DNA from: Podarcis melisellensis
Lineage: Eukaryota
Reading direction: 5' to 3' (one strand)
DNA: 64,000 nt
Assembly: GCA_964234715.1 (NCBI GenBank)
Contig: OZ174278.1
The notes below the pieces were generated by a model, which had not been told where the DNA came from, searched no databases, and worked only from the letters and a program-made list of their open reading frames with translations. The position numbers and the translations under genes were made by a program. Shown here piece after piece: positions 26,701-40,502 of the stretch. How positions within the stretch are numbered: the first letter of the stretch is position 1; every line of letters starts with the position of its first letter.

Positions 26701-27238
26701 TGAACTGAAGTCTCCCATTAAAAATGCATGTATGTGTATAGATATAGATATGCAGCCGTTTAAAAAGAGCCTATTGCAGCACGTGTAGATTGACTGAAAT
26801 GTGTGTATATGCAAGCATATATTATAAATTACAAGCCACTAGGGTTTCTTGCCCATTTATGCCACTTGATTTATGGTTGTCCTGCATACACAAGATCATC
26901 ACATTCTTTTACTTTGCATTAACCCATTCACTGCCACGCCCTAATTCTGTACTCCCAAATCATAATAAACCCGGACTTGAAGTCCCACTCTACCCCTAAG
27001 AAGAGAGAGCTGGCCAGCATGTGCCCATTTTCTCTGCGACGGTTTATTCACAAGCCACGGTTGTTAGACTCATGGACCGTCTCTTCCCTTTCGCCTTTGC
27101 AACAAAAAAAATGCGGCTCTCTCCAGGGGACCGAGCCTTGGGTTCTGGGGCGAAATCCAGTGGGTTTTAACGCAACGAACTTCTCCTGAAACAACACAAG
27201 CAGTATTGAAGCAGCAGCACGAATCGCAGAGACTCTAC

Positions 27239-27321
27239 CTGAAGCAAATGCGAGCCCAGCTCCTTCGCGACATTATCCAAGGGGCCTAATCTGCTCGGCT
27301 GGCCCCAGGCGTCTCCCAGAC
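27239..27321 (-). CDS. SIM2: SIM2 coding exon 2, 83 nt
   Basis: (G)[27 protein letters not shown]; acceptor TTTTCTAG|, donor CAG|GTAGAG; phase matches exon 1. Not in the ORF track; read by hand. Confidence 0.96.
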
Positions 27322-29264
27322 CTAGAAAAGAAACCGAGAAGCCTCAGTTAACGCACAGGAATACAGTTCATCTGAAGCACTAGCGGGAGGTGCAAGTTGG
27401 CCTTTTCCCTCTGCAGCAGAGGGAGAGAAGCAGCGTAACATTGGCTGGGTCATATTAGGGGGAGCTGGGCCTCCCTGCCCTGCCTGTGCAGTTCCCCGAG
27501 CGGGTTTCTCGGCGAGTTAGGTGGTCTTTTCCTCAGGAAAATTAGCTCCATGACATTAGGGTTTAGATTCAGCTGAAGGCCGCCACGTTGCGAAAGGGCC
27601 CGGCCGGCCCACATGTTACTCAGGGTTCAGTTGCCATTTTAGAGGTGGGGGTGATCCCCCACAAAGTAACATAAGCCTCCCTGAAATCGGCCGAGGGGAC
27701 CTCGCTAAAGACGCCCTGAAAAAGAGTTTTGTACTCTCTCTCTGCCCTCTTCCCCCACACCACCCCCGCCATCTTCCCACAAGCCCTTGCGAAGGGAGGC
27801 CACGGAGGCAAAAGGCCGCCGAGCTATACAGTATTATTGCCTTGGTGCTTTTAAGTGCAAACGTTTGGTCCCTTCACTCAAACGCCCGCTGCTGTCGCTT
27901 CGGCAAATCCATCCATTTGTCCCTTTCACAAATCCTTCCGATTCAAGACCTCCCCATCTATACAACTTGACTTTGGGCGGAACGGTTTGCTAGCAAACCG
28001 TGCAGCTCCTGTTAATTGGCTATATTATATCCACCCTTTAGATTTCTAAGAAATAATCAGAGTTAGACCCAGTGAAACCAATGAAGTTATTTATTTTAAT
28101 GGGTCTATGCTGTGCATAACTTGAACGTAACTTTCCCGCCTTTGCTCCTGTGAGGGAAAATTCCCTCAGCCGCGTGAAATCCCCTCGTTTCCTCCATCCT
28201 CGGAAGTCCCTTCAGCAGGAAGTCTAGACTGAGGGTAGATGGGATCTCACGCTGTTTATCCCGGGCACGGATCTCCTTCAGTGTTACACATTTAATCAAT
28301 AGGTTCTTGATTATGAATGGCATTGCTCGGACCCACCTCCTGACCCACTGAGAGGTTGACCAACTACCACAAAAGTAGTGGGATGTTGGGAGTAGTAGTA
28401 GAAGAATAAATCATAGATAATAGGGCTGTCGCTTTCGTAGAGTAGACAACCTAACCGCTTATTCTTTAAGGGGACCGAAACACCTTAGCGCTCACACTCC
28501 TGGTTGTCTGCAGAGCGTGGACCACTGCTTCACTTAGGTTGCTTTTAAAATAATAATTATTCTTTAAATAGTGATCGACACGGTGCTCTGTGTAAACGGA
28601 TGGCCGAAGCCTCTTTCACCAAAGAGAGGTCATAACATAATGCCCTTAACTTCAACACGGCCATTTCAGAACCCCTCGAACAGGCTTCGGATCAAAACAA
28701 AATGAGTACTCCAGACGGTTCCTCGGAGATCCTGTTTTTCCCCTGACATTGTCCTCGGAAAATTCGTCTCTCCTAAATTACTAGCAGTAACGAAAGCTGC
28801 AGCCCATGTGCAAAAGCCGCCGAAAGCAACAACGCCACAGGTCGCATCAGGGAAGAAGAATCCGTTTGCAGAATCCTCCCAAGGTTTCAGTTCTAAGCTA
28901 AAAATGTGCCACAAGTCAGCCTGCAGGGAAGGAAGACACACACCCCGCCAGGCCGCCGTTGAAGATGTCGGGGCTTCGGCCTGCCCATTGGACTCTAGAA
29001 GCCCCAGCCCAGCCCCTCGAACAGCAGCTGCAACGGCGCTCTATATGTACTCTATACATGCTTTCCTGGCCAAAATCGTTATGCTGAAAGAATGTTCAGA
29101 GACTAAATAGGCGATTTGGGTGTACTGTATACTGGCATAGTATGTAAACCTTAACTCATAATATTACACTACACACGCTATACCTTTAAAGCATATTCAA
29201 ACCACACACACACACACACACACACAAAAAGCCATGGCTTCAAGTTTCAAGAAACAAAGGATAT

Positions 29265-29472
29265 TCCGAATCCGACTCAACGTCAGGAAGAATTTTCTGT
29301 TTGACAGTGGAACGAACTGGCTGCCTCGGAAGGGGGTGGACTTTCCTTCCTTGGAGGTTTTTAAGCAGAGGTCGGATAGCCATCTATCATGGATGCTTTA
29401 GTTGAGATTCCTGCATTGCAGGGGGTTGGACTAGATGACCCCCGGGGTCCCTTCCAACTCTACAATTCTATG
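29265..29472 (+). mobile_element. CR1 LINE 3' end
   Basis: AGGAAGAATTTTCT...CCTTCCTTGGAGGTTTTTAAGCAGAGG...GGGTTGGACTAGATGACC...GGTCCCTTCCAACTCTACAATTCTATGA. Confidence 0.85.
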
Positions 29473-32400
29473 AAGAACCCCACAAACTGCATTTTACCCC
29501 TCACTGAACTATATTTACGAACTACGGTTCCCATTACTCTTTGGGGGGGGGTGTGATCTGTGCTTTAAATATCTGGTGTGTACTACAGCCTACATAGATT
29601 GTACATACTATATAATCTCTCCCACGCCCCTTCGCCACCTCTCTCCAGTCCCACTCTGCTCTCTGCTAATAACAGTTTTGTAACACGGAATGAAAGATTT
29701 GCATGAAGGCTTGGTTTAAATCGTGCTGCAAAAGACCGCTTTGCCCGGAGCTAAATCAGAAGCAAGTTGCTCTGAAATCGACTTTTAATAAGACGCAAGA
29801 GAGGCGTGAAGGTCTCGTTCTCCCCTGGGCATCTCTTTCCTTTGAATCCTTATCCGTCTGGCACAATATTGCCTGTGTAACTGGGTTCTTATCACTTTTA
29901 TACGGTGTAATTAATTGATTAATTGATAGCACCAACTCGTACAGCACCTCATATATGAGGTTGGTGTGATCTAGATGTGTAAATATGATTTTGGGGCAGT
30001 TTCACAAGAGGATAAAATCTTATTTTGTCTGAGCGCTACCAGATTATCAGTGCTTGATTCACAACGGGGGCATATTTCCTTTATCTAATACTGGAGAGCG
30101 TGGTTTTGGTGACATCTCTGTGCAGCAAAAGCTCCATAGTAGAAGAGATTAATGATAATGATGTATATGACTTTTAGAGCGCCACAAGAAGACATAATTT
30201 ATCCCGTTAACTCTAGCAAATGGGCTGTAGAAAGCAATCTTCCCGCTTCCTCACAAGGAGTAAGGAGATGGTACACTCCTCGTAACCCAGATTAGCTATT
30301 CCAGAGTAACTATCAAGGCCTGGTACCTTCCTTGTCCAGAAGCATTGTAAACACACAGTAACAGATTCGTGGTTACACAATACTCATCTTAATGAGGAGT
30401 TATTAACCTTTCTTCGCACTCACAGAATGGGTTTTTATTTCCACCCTTTCCCTGTATGTGTATGAGTGCTGCGGGGATGCTAACCAACGTCCGTATGCAT
30501 AAGCAAAACTTGGTAATTATTTCGGATTAATTTGCGTGGAGGGCTAATTTGCACACATGGCCAGTCCATGCGGGAAGCGGGGGAGACTTGGTTGGAAATC
30601 CGCAAGTTTAATTAAGGTGACTGCAGTTAAGAATAGCCAAAGGTCACTCATGTGGTGATTCTAGCACAAATTCACTTTCAGTACTCAAGGCCGGGATAAG
30701 CGCTGCCTCTTCGAGGCTCCTAAAACACTCGCCTAGGCTTGCGGCGCTCGCTCCATTCATTCCACTGTGAATTCCGCGTGGCTCCCAGAAAGCACAGCGA
30801 AGAGCCCCGCGGAGTCCGTGGCCGCACCTCCCTCCTGTCATTCTCCTGCTCTGCCTGCGGGTGGCGCACGAGATATCCATCTTATTGCTTTCCTCTTCCG
30901 GAGACTGGAGCCCTGACCCCAGTCAAGTAAATAGAGGACAAACGCGATCTACCCTATGGAGGTGTGGGGAAACCAAAGCTGCACCTTTTCTCTGGTGGTC
31001 CCGACAGAGCCTTATTTCCAAGGCTGTTTAAAAAAGGGTTTCTTGCTGATGTGAACTGCTCCTTATCTTGTGCAGGAGGGGAAGGAGAAAGGGACTCGTC
31101 AGTCAGCCTTTCCCACTGCACCTGCTCCCAGGGTCGTTGCGCTGGAGACATTGCGAGACAAGCTCGGAATCGGAGCGGGAAATGCATGCATGCGTCTGAC
31201 TGCCATCCAGCGCCATGCAAATTCGTGCAGAAGTGCAAACCCCCTTAAGCTCACAGTCCGAAAGAGCATGCTGCTGGAGAAGCAACGCCTTTTGGGCAGC
31301 AATGGGATTCACTTGAGAGTACATTGTGCTGCAAGAATATTTACAGAAATCAATTGGGTTCCGAATTACACATCGGTGTGTTTTTGGTTTGGTTTGGTTT
31401 GGTTTGGGTTTTGTTTTGTTTGTTTTTGTTAAAGCTAAGACTTAGCTTTAACAGGTTTATGGATTGAGCCATCCCCCCATTCAAAGAGGCGTCCGTTCTT
31501 TCGAGCAGATGAGCCAGCCATTGTTCGCCGGCTTTTCAAGACCCGCCGCTCGGTACCTGCTTTCTCGCCGGCTGCGCCGCGCCTGCTAATTATACAAGCT
31601 GATGCAGAGCCATGTGCACTTGGTGCCCCGTCCACTTTTTCTGCTAATAAGGGAACTGCATGCAATGGGAATGCACAGGGCGCGGGGGGTGCATGCTAGA
31701 CTACGTTGTAAACACCGTATCTTGAAGAAGTGATGTCACAAAGATATAGAAATTAAGAGCCACACTCCCATCTTTTAAAAGGAAAAGATATAGCTATCAT
31801 AAAATTCCTGAACAACATGAATGGGAGACCTTCCATCGACTCACTGTGGTTTAGATCGCGCCCCGGCGTTGCCAAATGAGGGAAGCACTAGAGAGAGAAA
31901 TCATACATCGTTTTATATTAAACATCTGTTAACTGGCATGCTAGTGTTTAAGTGGCTCTGCGGGGTTCACTGTCTCTTTGAGTTCCTTTTTCTTTATTCT
32001 CCCCATCCCATTGTGGTACGAATTTATCAGCATGTTCAGAGTTATTTCTACATGCACCTTTTGTCTGAATAACTATCGCCTGGGCTTCAGTAAATGCTGT
32101 CTCATAAACCTTTTAACCTCTTTGTACAAGCAAATCGTGTTGTTTTTTATTAAATGATTATTTAATGATTAATCTGCTTGATTAAGCAGAGCCCAGCTGC
32201 ATTTTGAGGAAGACATGAATCCATTGTTGCATTTCCCAAGGAACAGAATGTAGATTTATTTGCTGCTGCTCTCCACTACTACTTATCTCAAAGCCTTTTC
32301 CAGAGGGCTACAAATTCCATTCCCACGTATACCCGTTACGTCTTTATACATAGAAATGCTGTCTTAACTGGGTTAGAAAAATATATAGAAATACAAAGAA

Positions 32401-35400
32401 ACGTTGCCAAGTCCATCCCTCGGCGTGACATTCAACCACGGCATCAGCAGTTTCAACTTTGTTGTCATCCTGGCAGCCGTAAGTACATCATAAGAAGGGC
32501 CAACAGAGTTAGCAAAATGCTAAATCTTTGTTTGTGAGTGTGTGTTTTGATGCTAATATGTCTGCTGACGATCAGGAAATACAAAGCATGTTTGTTCTTT
32601 GAGCCAATGGATTTATGCACCAAAATCCGCCAGACGGGCTCCTTTGCATTGTATCATTTGACATTAGTTGCGGGATTCCCGAAGATTTTTAAGTGTTGCA
32701 AGATTCTCTCCAGTACAAAACTGAATTCCTCCAGTCGCATTGTCAACGGTGACGGCAGGGCTTTGGGGCAGAGGTCCATAGTCCCACTCAGCAAAATCAG
32801 TAGGGGACCGGTATCAAAACGCACGTTACTAGCATTCAGAGACGGGACCATATAAGACCAAAGTCTAAAATTGCCCCACTGCTCCCACCGCTAAAGCTCA
32901 GGTGTATGTCGCCAGAGAGAGCTCGATCCAAAAAACAATGAAGCCGAATTGTTTAGGCTAATGCTGATAGAAACTGCGACATTAGCTATTTAAAGCGCAA
33001 TCCTGTGAGTGTTTACTTAGAAGCACAGTCAGCATTCAGTGAGGTTTGGTCCCAAGTAAGTGTGCGTCGGCAGTGATGTAGCGGTGAATACCCCATCTCC
33101 ATGTCCCTTCATGGACATAGCCAAGGGAGGGCAGGGGAGCAGCTGCCCCCACCCATCAAGTAAAACAATAGAAATACTTAAGTAACTGACCAATCACTTC
33201 GGTTCTGCCCCGCTCCCCACAAAAGTGCTCCCCGCAACAAAAGCCATGTGCCCCTCCTAAGGCAACAAAGCTGAACCTTTGACCAATACAGACTTTATGG
33301 TCAATATCAAACAGGCTGATGAAAGCGTTTCGGAAGACTCAAAAGCTCCTTCGTTGTTTCGTGACATTTTGTTTGGTCATAATGAATAAAGGGACTCCGA
33401 CATTTCTTCGAAGCAGAAGTGGGCTGCTTAATCCTTTAGCTTGCATCCTAGTGTAACCTCTCTACCTCTTCTTCTTCTTCTATTTATCGTACATGGTGAG
33501 GGTTTCCCCCCTCGGAGAGCAGCTCCTTTATTTGGCACGCAGAGGATTGGCTTGGCAAATAACTCCCAGAAGACACGAAAGAAGGAGCAGGAGGAGGCTG
33601 GTCGTCCCTGCTTGCCTTTCCCTGCTCTGCTGCTGTAGCCTCTATTGAGGAATGACTGCCGAGGTGACTTCCTCTTTACATCTCCCTCCTAAACGGCTGC
33701 CTTAAAAGAAACAGCCAGTTTTGCTACAACGAAACCGACTTGACGATTCAACTAAGCTCAGCTGAATCTCTCCTCTTCCCCATTTCCCGGAGGAACTGTT
33801 ATCTTCCCGGCATGTGGGAAGATTGCTGTCGTTGTTGAGTATTTGATGAACTGAGTACATATTTTAAAGATCCGCACCCCAGTCCCCACCACCTTCCTTC
33901 TCCTCTTCTCACCCCGAGTCCAGATCTATGACACACGGGGATGAGGGAGATTCTTCCAACGACAGGACACCGTTCGAGCCGCCTTTGAACCTTCAGGCGA
34001 AGGCGGCATATAAATCCAAAACAAGCGCATCACACGAATAGCAGCAATGCGTTTAGGATCCACATCGTGCTTCCTAAAGTGAGGGTCTTTAAATGTACGT
34101 AGAACTTCCTTCTAAGTCAGGTACTGCAGAGAACCGCGGAGTTTATCCGCCTTACTTTCCACCCGAGGGGCTGAGCCTCCATCTCTCTTTAAAATGTAAA
34201 CACTGGACGCCAGGGTCTCCCATCCCAGGGAAACAAGGACGCCCCCAGAAACAGACCCCCCGAAGGGAGCACAAGCGTCCGTCTCTTCTGTGTTGTTGTT
34301 TCATAACCAGGGATTATTTGCAGAACTCTGAGAATTCTCCAGGGCTTCCTCACAGATAAATGTGTGTTTAAATTCCTGCTTAAATTTGAGAGCTGGGTCT
34401 GTCTCCCAGGTAAACAACGAGGTAAAGGCTTATTTTTGGAACAGCTCGCTTGGAAGCGCTCGCTTTCCGGAAAGCGGAAGGAGCCTCCAAAGAATCGGCC
34501 CTGGCCCCAAAATCAGAACCATCAGCGGCACTTTGAAGGATTCCCGAGGATCTTCTGGGGCCCAGTGGGCATAAAGGAGTATATAATGAAATCGGCATAC
34601 GCGGGAGTAAGGCGACCGGGCCGCGATTTATTTTTATTTTTATTTTTGCTGGTTGTTGGCAAAGGCGTACGCGCATGTACCGGCCCGGCGATTCTCAGAG
34701 TGTCTGGAAAGCTCCCTCTTCAGACTGCAGACCTTCTGCACCCAAAGGGTTGCGTGGGAAGGGGAAGTAGGAGACTGAAGAAAAGCTGATTCTTCGGCTT
34801 TGTAGGTACTGTACTGTATATGACTCGCAACAGTTACGGTTGGTCCGGATTAATTTACCTAAAGCTATCGCCCCTTTAAAAACTCATGGCTAATGCGCTT
34901 GAAAGTATAGGACACCAGTCCGTGACGACGACGATGAATACCGATATGTATGTTATGTAGTATCTGATCCACTTTAAGAAATCCGGAGCCGGAGCAATCC
35001 TAATACCTGCACGGGCTGTAGAATGCGACATTTGCAATGCGATCCTAACGCAACTATAAATTTAGAAGTAAATCCCACCGAATTCAGCGAGAAACGGAGG
35101 AATCGCAGCCTTAGTTGATTAATTGATGGAACTTAATCGATACAGGCGTCCGATGAATCAGGCATTTCAACACCCCCCCACCCCACATTAAGTACTTTTT
35201 AAAAAAAGTGCACGTGACAGGCGCCATCTTATAAGAGGCCCTTGGCTTCTGTGCGAGAGATCTCGCTTCTGCTATGGCGCTGCTGCCGCTGCTACTGCGG
35301 CACGCGAGCGAGGCCGCCATCTACAAACAAAGAGCGCACCTTTTCTGGGGCAGAAAAACTGGCGGCAGCCCAAAGACAATTCTCTCTCTCTCTCTCTCTC

Positions 35401-36864
35401 TTTCTGCTGGCAAGTCCTGTTTGCTTGCCTGGTGAGAACAAGCAGCAGCAGCGCCCCGTGACTCTCTAAGGGGAAATCGCCTGCTAGAGGAAAGACATCT
35501 CCGCTCCCAGGAAAAATAAACGTCTCCCTTCCTTTTAGCAGCAGGCGCCAAACCTGGCTCTGCGCGGCGTCGCTCCGCCCGTTGACTGCGAGCAGCGCCC
35601 GCGGGCCGAGGGATGGCGCTCTCCCAACCCAATCCCCACTCCTTTTCACTTCGCGCTTGAATCGAGTGGGGCGGGGAAAGAAATTGCTGAAAGGTCAAGG
35701 CTGCCATCCTAGCCAGGGCTGCCCTCTTGAATAAAATGTTTGGGGTGGCAGGTAAGCCGCACCCCTCATAATCGATCACATGACTTGGTGCACGTATGTG
35801 AATGGCAATGTCCATCATCTGGGGGGGGGGGGTCGGCCCCCTCAAATATTTTATTGGAGGGAGCCGAAGACCCCTTGGCTCCTACGATCCTAACCCTGCC
35901 CATTTAGGACTAAGGCCCCCTGGATCCAATGGGCCTTACTCTTAGGTAAGTGTGGGGGAGAGGCAGTCATGTCACTTACCTGGGACTGTGTCCCGTTTAA
36001 TTCAGTCGGGTTTAGTCCTAGCCCCGCTTACCTTCCTTCCTTCCTTCCCCCTTGTCCCAGACGCCCCTTGCCCTCCCTTCGCCCACGGCGGTCCTTCAAG
36101 GGATCCGGGGGGCTGGAGAAACAGGAGAGGAAAGCAGCTGGGTGTCGCGGAGGGAGGGAAGCCGAGGGCGCCTCTCTCCCTTACGTATCATCCAGAGCGA
36201 GTTAAATCCGACGGAAAACTGCTGATAGCGCTGACACTTGATCCTAAGCACGGTTTACTGCATATTTCAGTTGGGGTCACCACCAGCTTTCTGGGCTGGC
36301 TTGCCCCCCTCGCCTCCGCCCACATGCTTTAAGCCAGTCTTCGCCAAGCTGTTGCCCTCCAGATGTTTCGACCAAAACATGGGGAGGGCACCCGGTTGGT
36401 GAAGGCTGGCTGAAGGCATAGGCAGGAGGGAGCCACAGGCATAGAAAGGCCAGGAGCTCTGGCAGAAATATATAATCCAATTTCCCGAGAGCATCGGGTG
36501 TTTAGGATGGCGGTTTTAGGAAAGGCCAGCGGTCCTTCTGGGTCTTAACCAGCAGTCACACAAACAAGAATTAAGCACGTAAAACTTTCCTCTCCTTTAT
36601 TCGAGGTGCAAACACGCCTCTGCCCTTAATGTCAGATAAATAGGAGCTGAGACTACACGGGAGGGAGGAGATGGCACTCTGCGAGTGCTGGGGGTGGGGG
36701 TACTCTCGTCTTTATTGGGACCTTCGGACCCCGGCTGAAAATAGCTTGCAGCAAACATTTAACTTGAGAGTAAGTCCCTTTGGATTCAGCAACGCCTTGC
36801 ATCTGGGTAGGAACGAATCGGATTGTACTGTCAGCCCCGCATTCCTTCCCCAAATACTACAGTA

Positions 36865-37089
36865 CAGTGGTACCTCAGGTTACATACGCTTCAGGTTACA
36901 GACTCCGCTAACCCATAAATCGTGCTTCAGGTTAAGAACTTTGCTTCAGGATGAGAACAGAAATCGTGCTCCGGCGGCGCAGCGGCAGCAGGAGGCCCCA
37001 TTAGCTATGTGGTGCTTCAGGTTAAGAACAGTTTCAGGTTAAGAACGGACCTCCGGAACGAATTAAGTACTTAAGCCGAGGTACCACTG
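36865..37089 (+). mobile_element. Tc1/mariner (Tigger-like) MITE, copy A
   Basis: TA-CAGTGGTACCTC ... GAGGTACCACTG-TA. Confidence 0.9.
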
Positions 37090-38407
37090 TACTGCATTGC
37101 TCAGGAAAGTCTTCCCACGGCCAAATTGCGTATTTCTAAAAATTGGTGTGCAATTATTGAAAACAACAGCAACCACCCTGTGCTCTGCCAGCCAGATCCT
37201 AACAGTAGAGCCAGCGCGTTCATTGTCACTTACTTGCATAAAAGTATTCTAATACAGTACGATCCATAGCATGTCTACTCAGAAGTATACCCTATTAAGT
37301 TCAGAGAGATTCGCTCCCAGGTTAGGCTGCAATTAACTCCACTTACCTGGGAGTAAGTCCCACGGAACTCATAGAGATGTATTTCAGAGTAGATTTGGTT
37401 AGGATTACACTGTTAGTGTGGATAGGATTGTGCTGCAGGGTTATAATCTTTAAACATGTTTACCCATAAGTAAAGTAAATGTGAATTCACTTGGACCTGG
37501 TATATGATGTTAGCTTTTCTGCTTTAATCTGCTCTAGAAGTAGTGATTAAATAGGTGTAATATAATTGATCATGCAATATTCATAAGAAAACCAGAAACA
37601 GTAATAAGACCATGCGCTGCGGGTTTTCAATTCTGACTGAATAAGAACAGCCAACGCCAAGGAAAGCTGAAAATCTCCAGGTTTTTCCCGCTGCTACAGA
37701 AGGAGACGGCTGGCTTCGGCAAACGCTGATTGATAGTAAACAGGGGTTTGTGCTCATGGCATGTTAAAAGGTGCATGCAGTTTTTCAGCTGAGAGAGAAA
37801 GAGAGGGAGTGTGTGTGAATATACAAAGCCCTCGGATTTTACAGCCTGGTGGTTCTGTGCAAGACGACTAAGTTTTGGTTTAAGCGATCCACAGTTGCGT
37901 CACGGGCGTTTTAGTATTCTGAAGCTGGGCTGGGAGGTGACTAAACGTGAAAGGCAGAAAGCGGGATACCTTTATAAATGAAGCGAGTCCCATTAAGATC
38001 GAGTGGAAAAGTCCTTAAACCCGAACTGGACTCTGGATTCTAAGCACATTGACTTGAAGTGGGAGAGTCTCTTACTTTTTCTTAGTGCGGGAGTCCTCCG
38101 CTTAACCAGGCTATGGCGTTCCCCACCACTACCTTGGCGGCGCCCCAAACCAAGTGCCACCAGGGCAGAATCTGGAGGGCCCCCCAAGCGCAGTAGGGTC
38201 ACATTTTGAAATAGCACGTGACGCATCCTAATAGAGGTGAAGACCACTAAGTCCGCAGGCTACAATTTATCCAGTTGCCCCCCTCTAGCCCGAGTCCTCT
38301 CCGTTTAAAGAGGGGTTGTGAGCCCCACGCGCCTTTTTCTATTTCGCCATATAAGTTAACCAACAGGGCAAATGGCAATGATGGCGCAGTGCTAGCAGAG
38401 CAGGATA

Positions 38408-38633
38408 CAGTGGTACCTCGGGTTAAGTACTTAATTCGTTCCGGAGGTCCGTTCTTAACCTGAAACTGTTCTTAACCTGAAGCACCACTTTAGCTAATGT
38501 GGCCTCCCACTGCCGCCGCGCCGCCGGAGCATGATTTCTGTTCTCATCCTGAAGCAAAGTTCTTAACCTGAAGCACGATTTCTGGGTTAGCGGAGTCTGT
38601 AACCTGAAGCGTATGTAACCCGAGGTGCCACTA
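38408..38633 (-). mobile_element. Tc1/mariner MITE, copy B, inverted relative to copy A
   Basis: Near-exact reverse complement of 36865-37089; TA flanks. Confidence 0.9.
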
Positions 38634-38635
38634 TA

Positions 38636-38780
38636 TTTAAAGCGCGCACGACATACATTTAAAGCAAAGCAACTGAATCATGGGGACCGTCGTTTCTCCC
38701 TCCTTCCCTACATGTCCCAGCACCCTTCATAAACTACAGTTCCCAGGATTCTCGTGGATGTGTGCTTTCAATGCAGCTAT
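38636..38780. mobile_element. Degenerate palindromic MITE; relatives at about 29480-29590 and 56260-56410
   Basis: Shared AAACTACAGTTCCCAGGATTCT...TGTGCTTTMAATG core with an inverted counterpart. Boundaries approximate. Confidence 0.55.
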
Positions 38781-40252
38781 GGCACCTTTGTACTTGATTT
38801 TGAGCTGATAACTATACGATTATAAACAGGGGCTTATGCGAGGAAGAAACCTCTGGAAAGCGTTATCATATGCCTGCCTTTCTTTCTGGATTAAGGCGAC
38901 CGAGGTTCCAGGTTTGCTTGCTTTTTTAAAAAAGTCATTCATTAAGCAGCTGGCCTCCCTTTTTGGTTTAATCATTACGAAGAGGGCTGTTTTTAAATGT
39001 CCATTTTCATCGCTACGCCGTGTCACACTTTAACCATGGCGCGTCCCCAACCTGGAGGGACCTGGATGCGGGGGGGGGGGGGAGAGGGGCGCTTTACTTC
39101 CTAAAGTGTTCCTCTTTCCCCCTTTCCTATTGTGGAGGGAAAAGAAAAGTAAACACCCGCGGAGAGAGGGGGAGAAGGGAGGGCGAGAGGAAAGGAAAAT
39201 GAAGGCATCCTGTTCTATATTTTTGTTTTACAGCAATAAACGGTCGGACATGAAAACATGCACACACACAAAATCCAAGCACAGCCGCGGGGAGTGTTAC
39301 AGAGCCGAGATCTGACGCGGGTTTCTGCCTCCTGCCTGGACTTTAATTCGTGGATCACGAAGGTCAGCGCAAAAGCTCAGGGGCGAAAGGGGAGAAAGTC
39401 GAGCGCGATATTAGATCCTGGGGAGCAGCTGGGGATTCTCACTGCGGGGCTCGGGGACTCCGCCGGGTCAGTCGAGAAACCTCGCCAGCATCTGCTGAAA
39501 AGGCTCTCGGTCTGATCCCCCGATCTGTAAGAGCTGAAGAGCCAGGATTTATGTTGGTCAGCGCTCCCGCGTTCGGCCCGCTCATAAAGGCGGTTTACTT
39601 GCACGTAAGACCCAGGGCGTTCAATGAGGCCGACGGCCTTCGTGCGTCTCTTCGGGGTCGCAGGCGGCCTTAGCGGCCACCTGTTTCATGCAGGATCAGG
39701 CTTCAGCGGAGGCTGGGGCTGCCTAAGCCCAGGGGAGCCGGGGGTTCAAAGGCATTTCCTCCTCCCAGCGGTGCTACGGTTTCCTTGCTCCTCAACTCCC
39801 CCCAACCACACTTCTTCCTTCGCCCCCGCTAGTCAAGAGAAATGCCCAGCCAGGCTGCTGCGGGAACCTCTCCTAAGTACCAGGCAGAAAAACAAGGGAA
39901 GTGCAGTAGATCTCTTGGAAAGGGGGGCGGGAGGAGCGGAAGACATTTATTTCGATACATTATATACGGGCGAATCTAAATTAATATTCCATATAGAGTT
40001 GAGTTTGCATTTATTGCACACCATACAAACCATTACGAATAGAGAAATCCGCAAGCTGGGGGAGTAGGTGGTTTTGTTCTTGTTCTTGTTTAATGTAATT
40101 ATTTGGGCCATAGGACACTCTTAAGTGGTTGCTGTCGGTAGCAGATTGCAGTGGGTTTCGACTTTCCAGTGCAATCCTGTTTTTGGACTGGTAACTCTGA
40201 ATCTGGGCCGTTTCGGTGGGCTTTTCTGGTTATAAAGGCCTGGAAACCCTTA

Positions 40253-40502
40253 CAGGGTCAGCAAACCTTTTCGGTAGGGGGCCTGTCCACTGTCTCTCAG
40301 ACCTTGTGGGGGGCCGGACTATATTTTTTTTGGGTGGGGTGGGAATGAACAAATTCCGATGCCCCACAAATAACCCAGTGATGCATTTTAAATAAAAGGA
40401 CACATTCTACTCATGTAAAAACACGCTGATTCCCGGACCGTCCGCGGGCCGAATTTAGATTGGGCCGGATCCGGGCCCCGGGCCTTAGTTCGCCTACCCA
40501 TG
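40253..40502. mobile_element. hAT (Charlie-type) non-autonomous element
   Basis: Termini CAGGGTCAGCAAAC ... GTTCGCCTACCCATG; subterminal GGGCCG motifs; internal CACTGTC.CTCAGACC...GGGCCGGACTATA...GAACAAATTCC. Confidence 0.75.
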
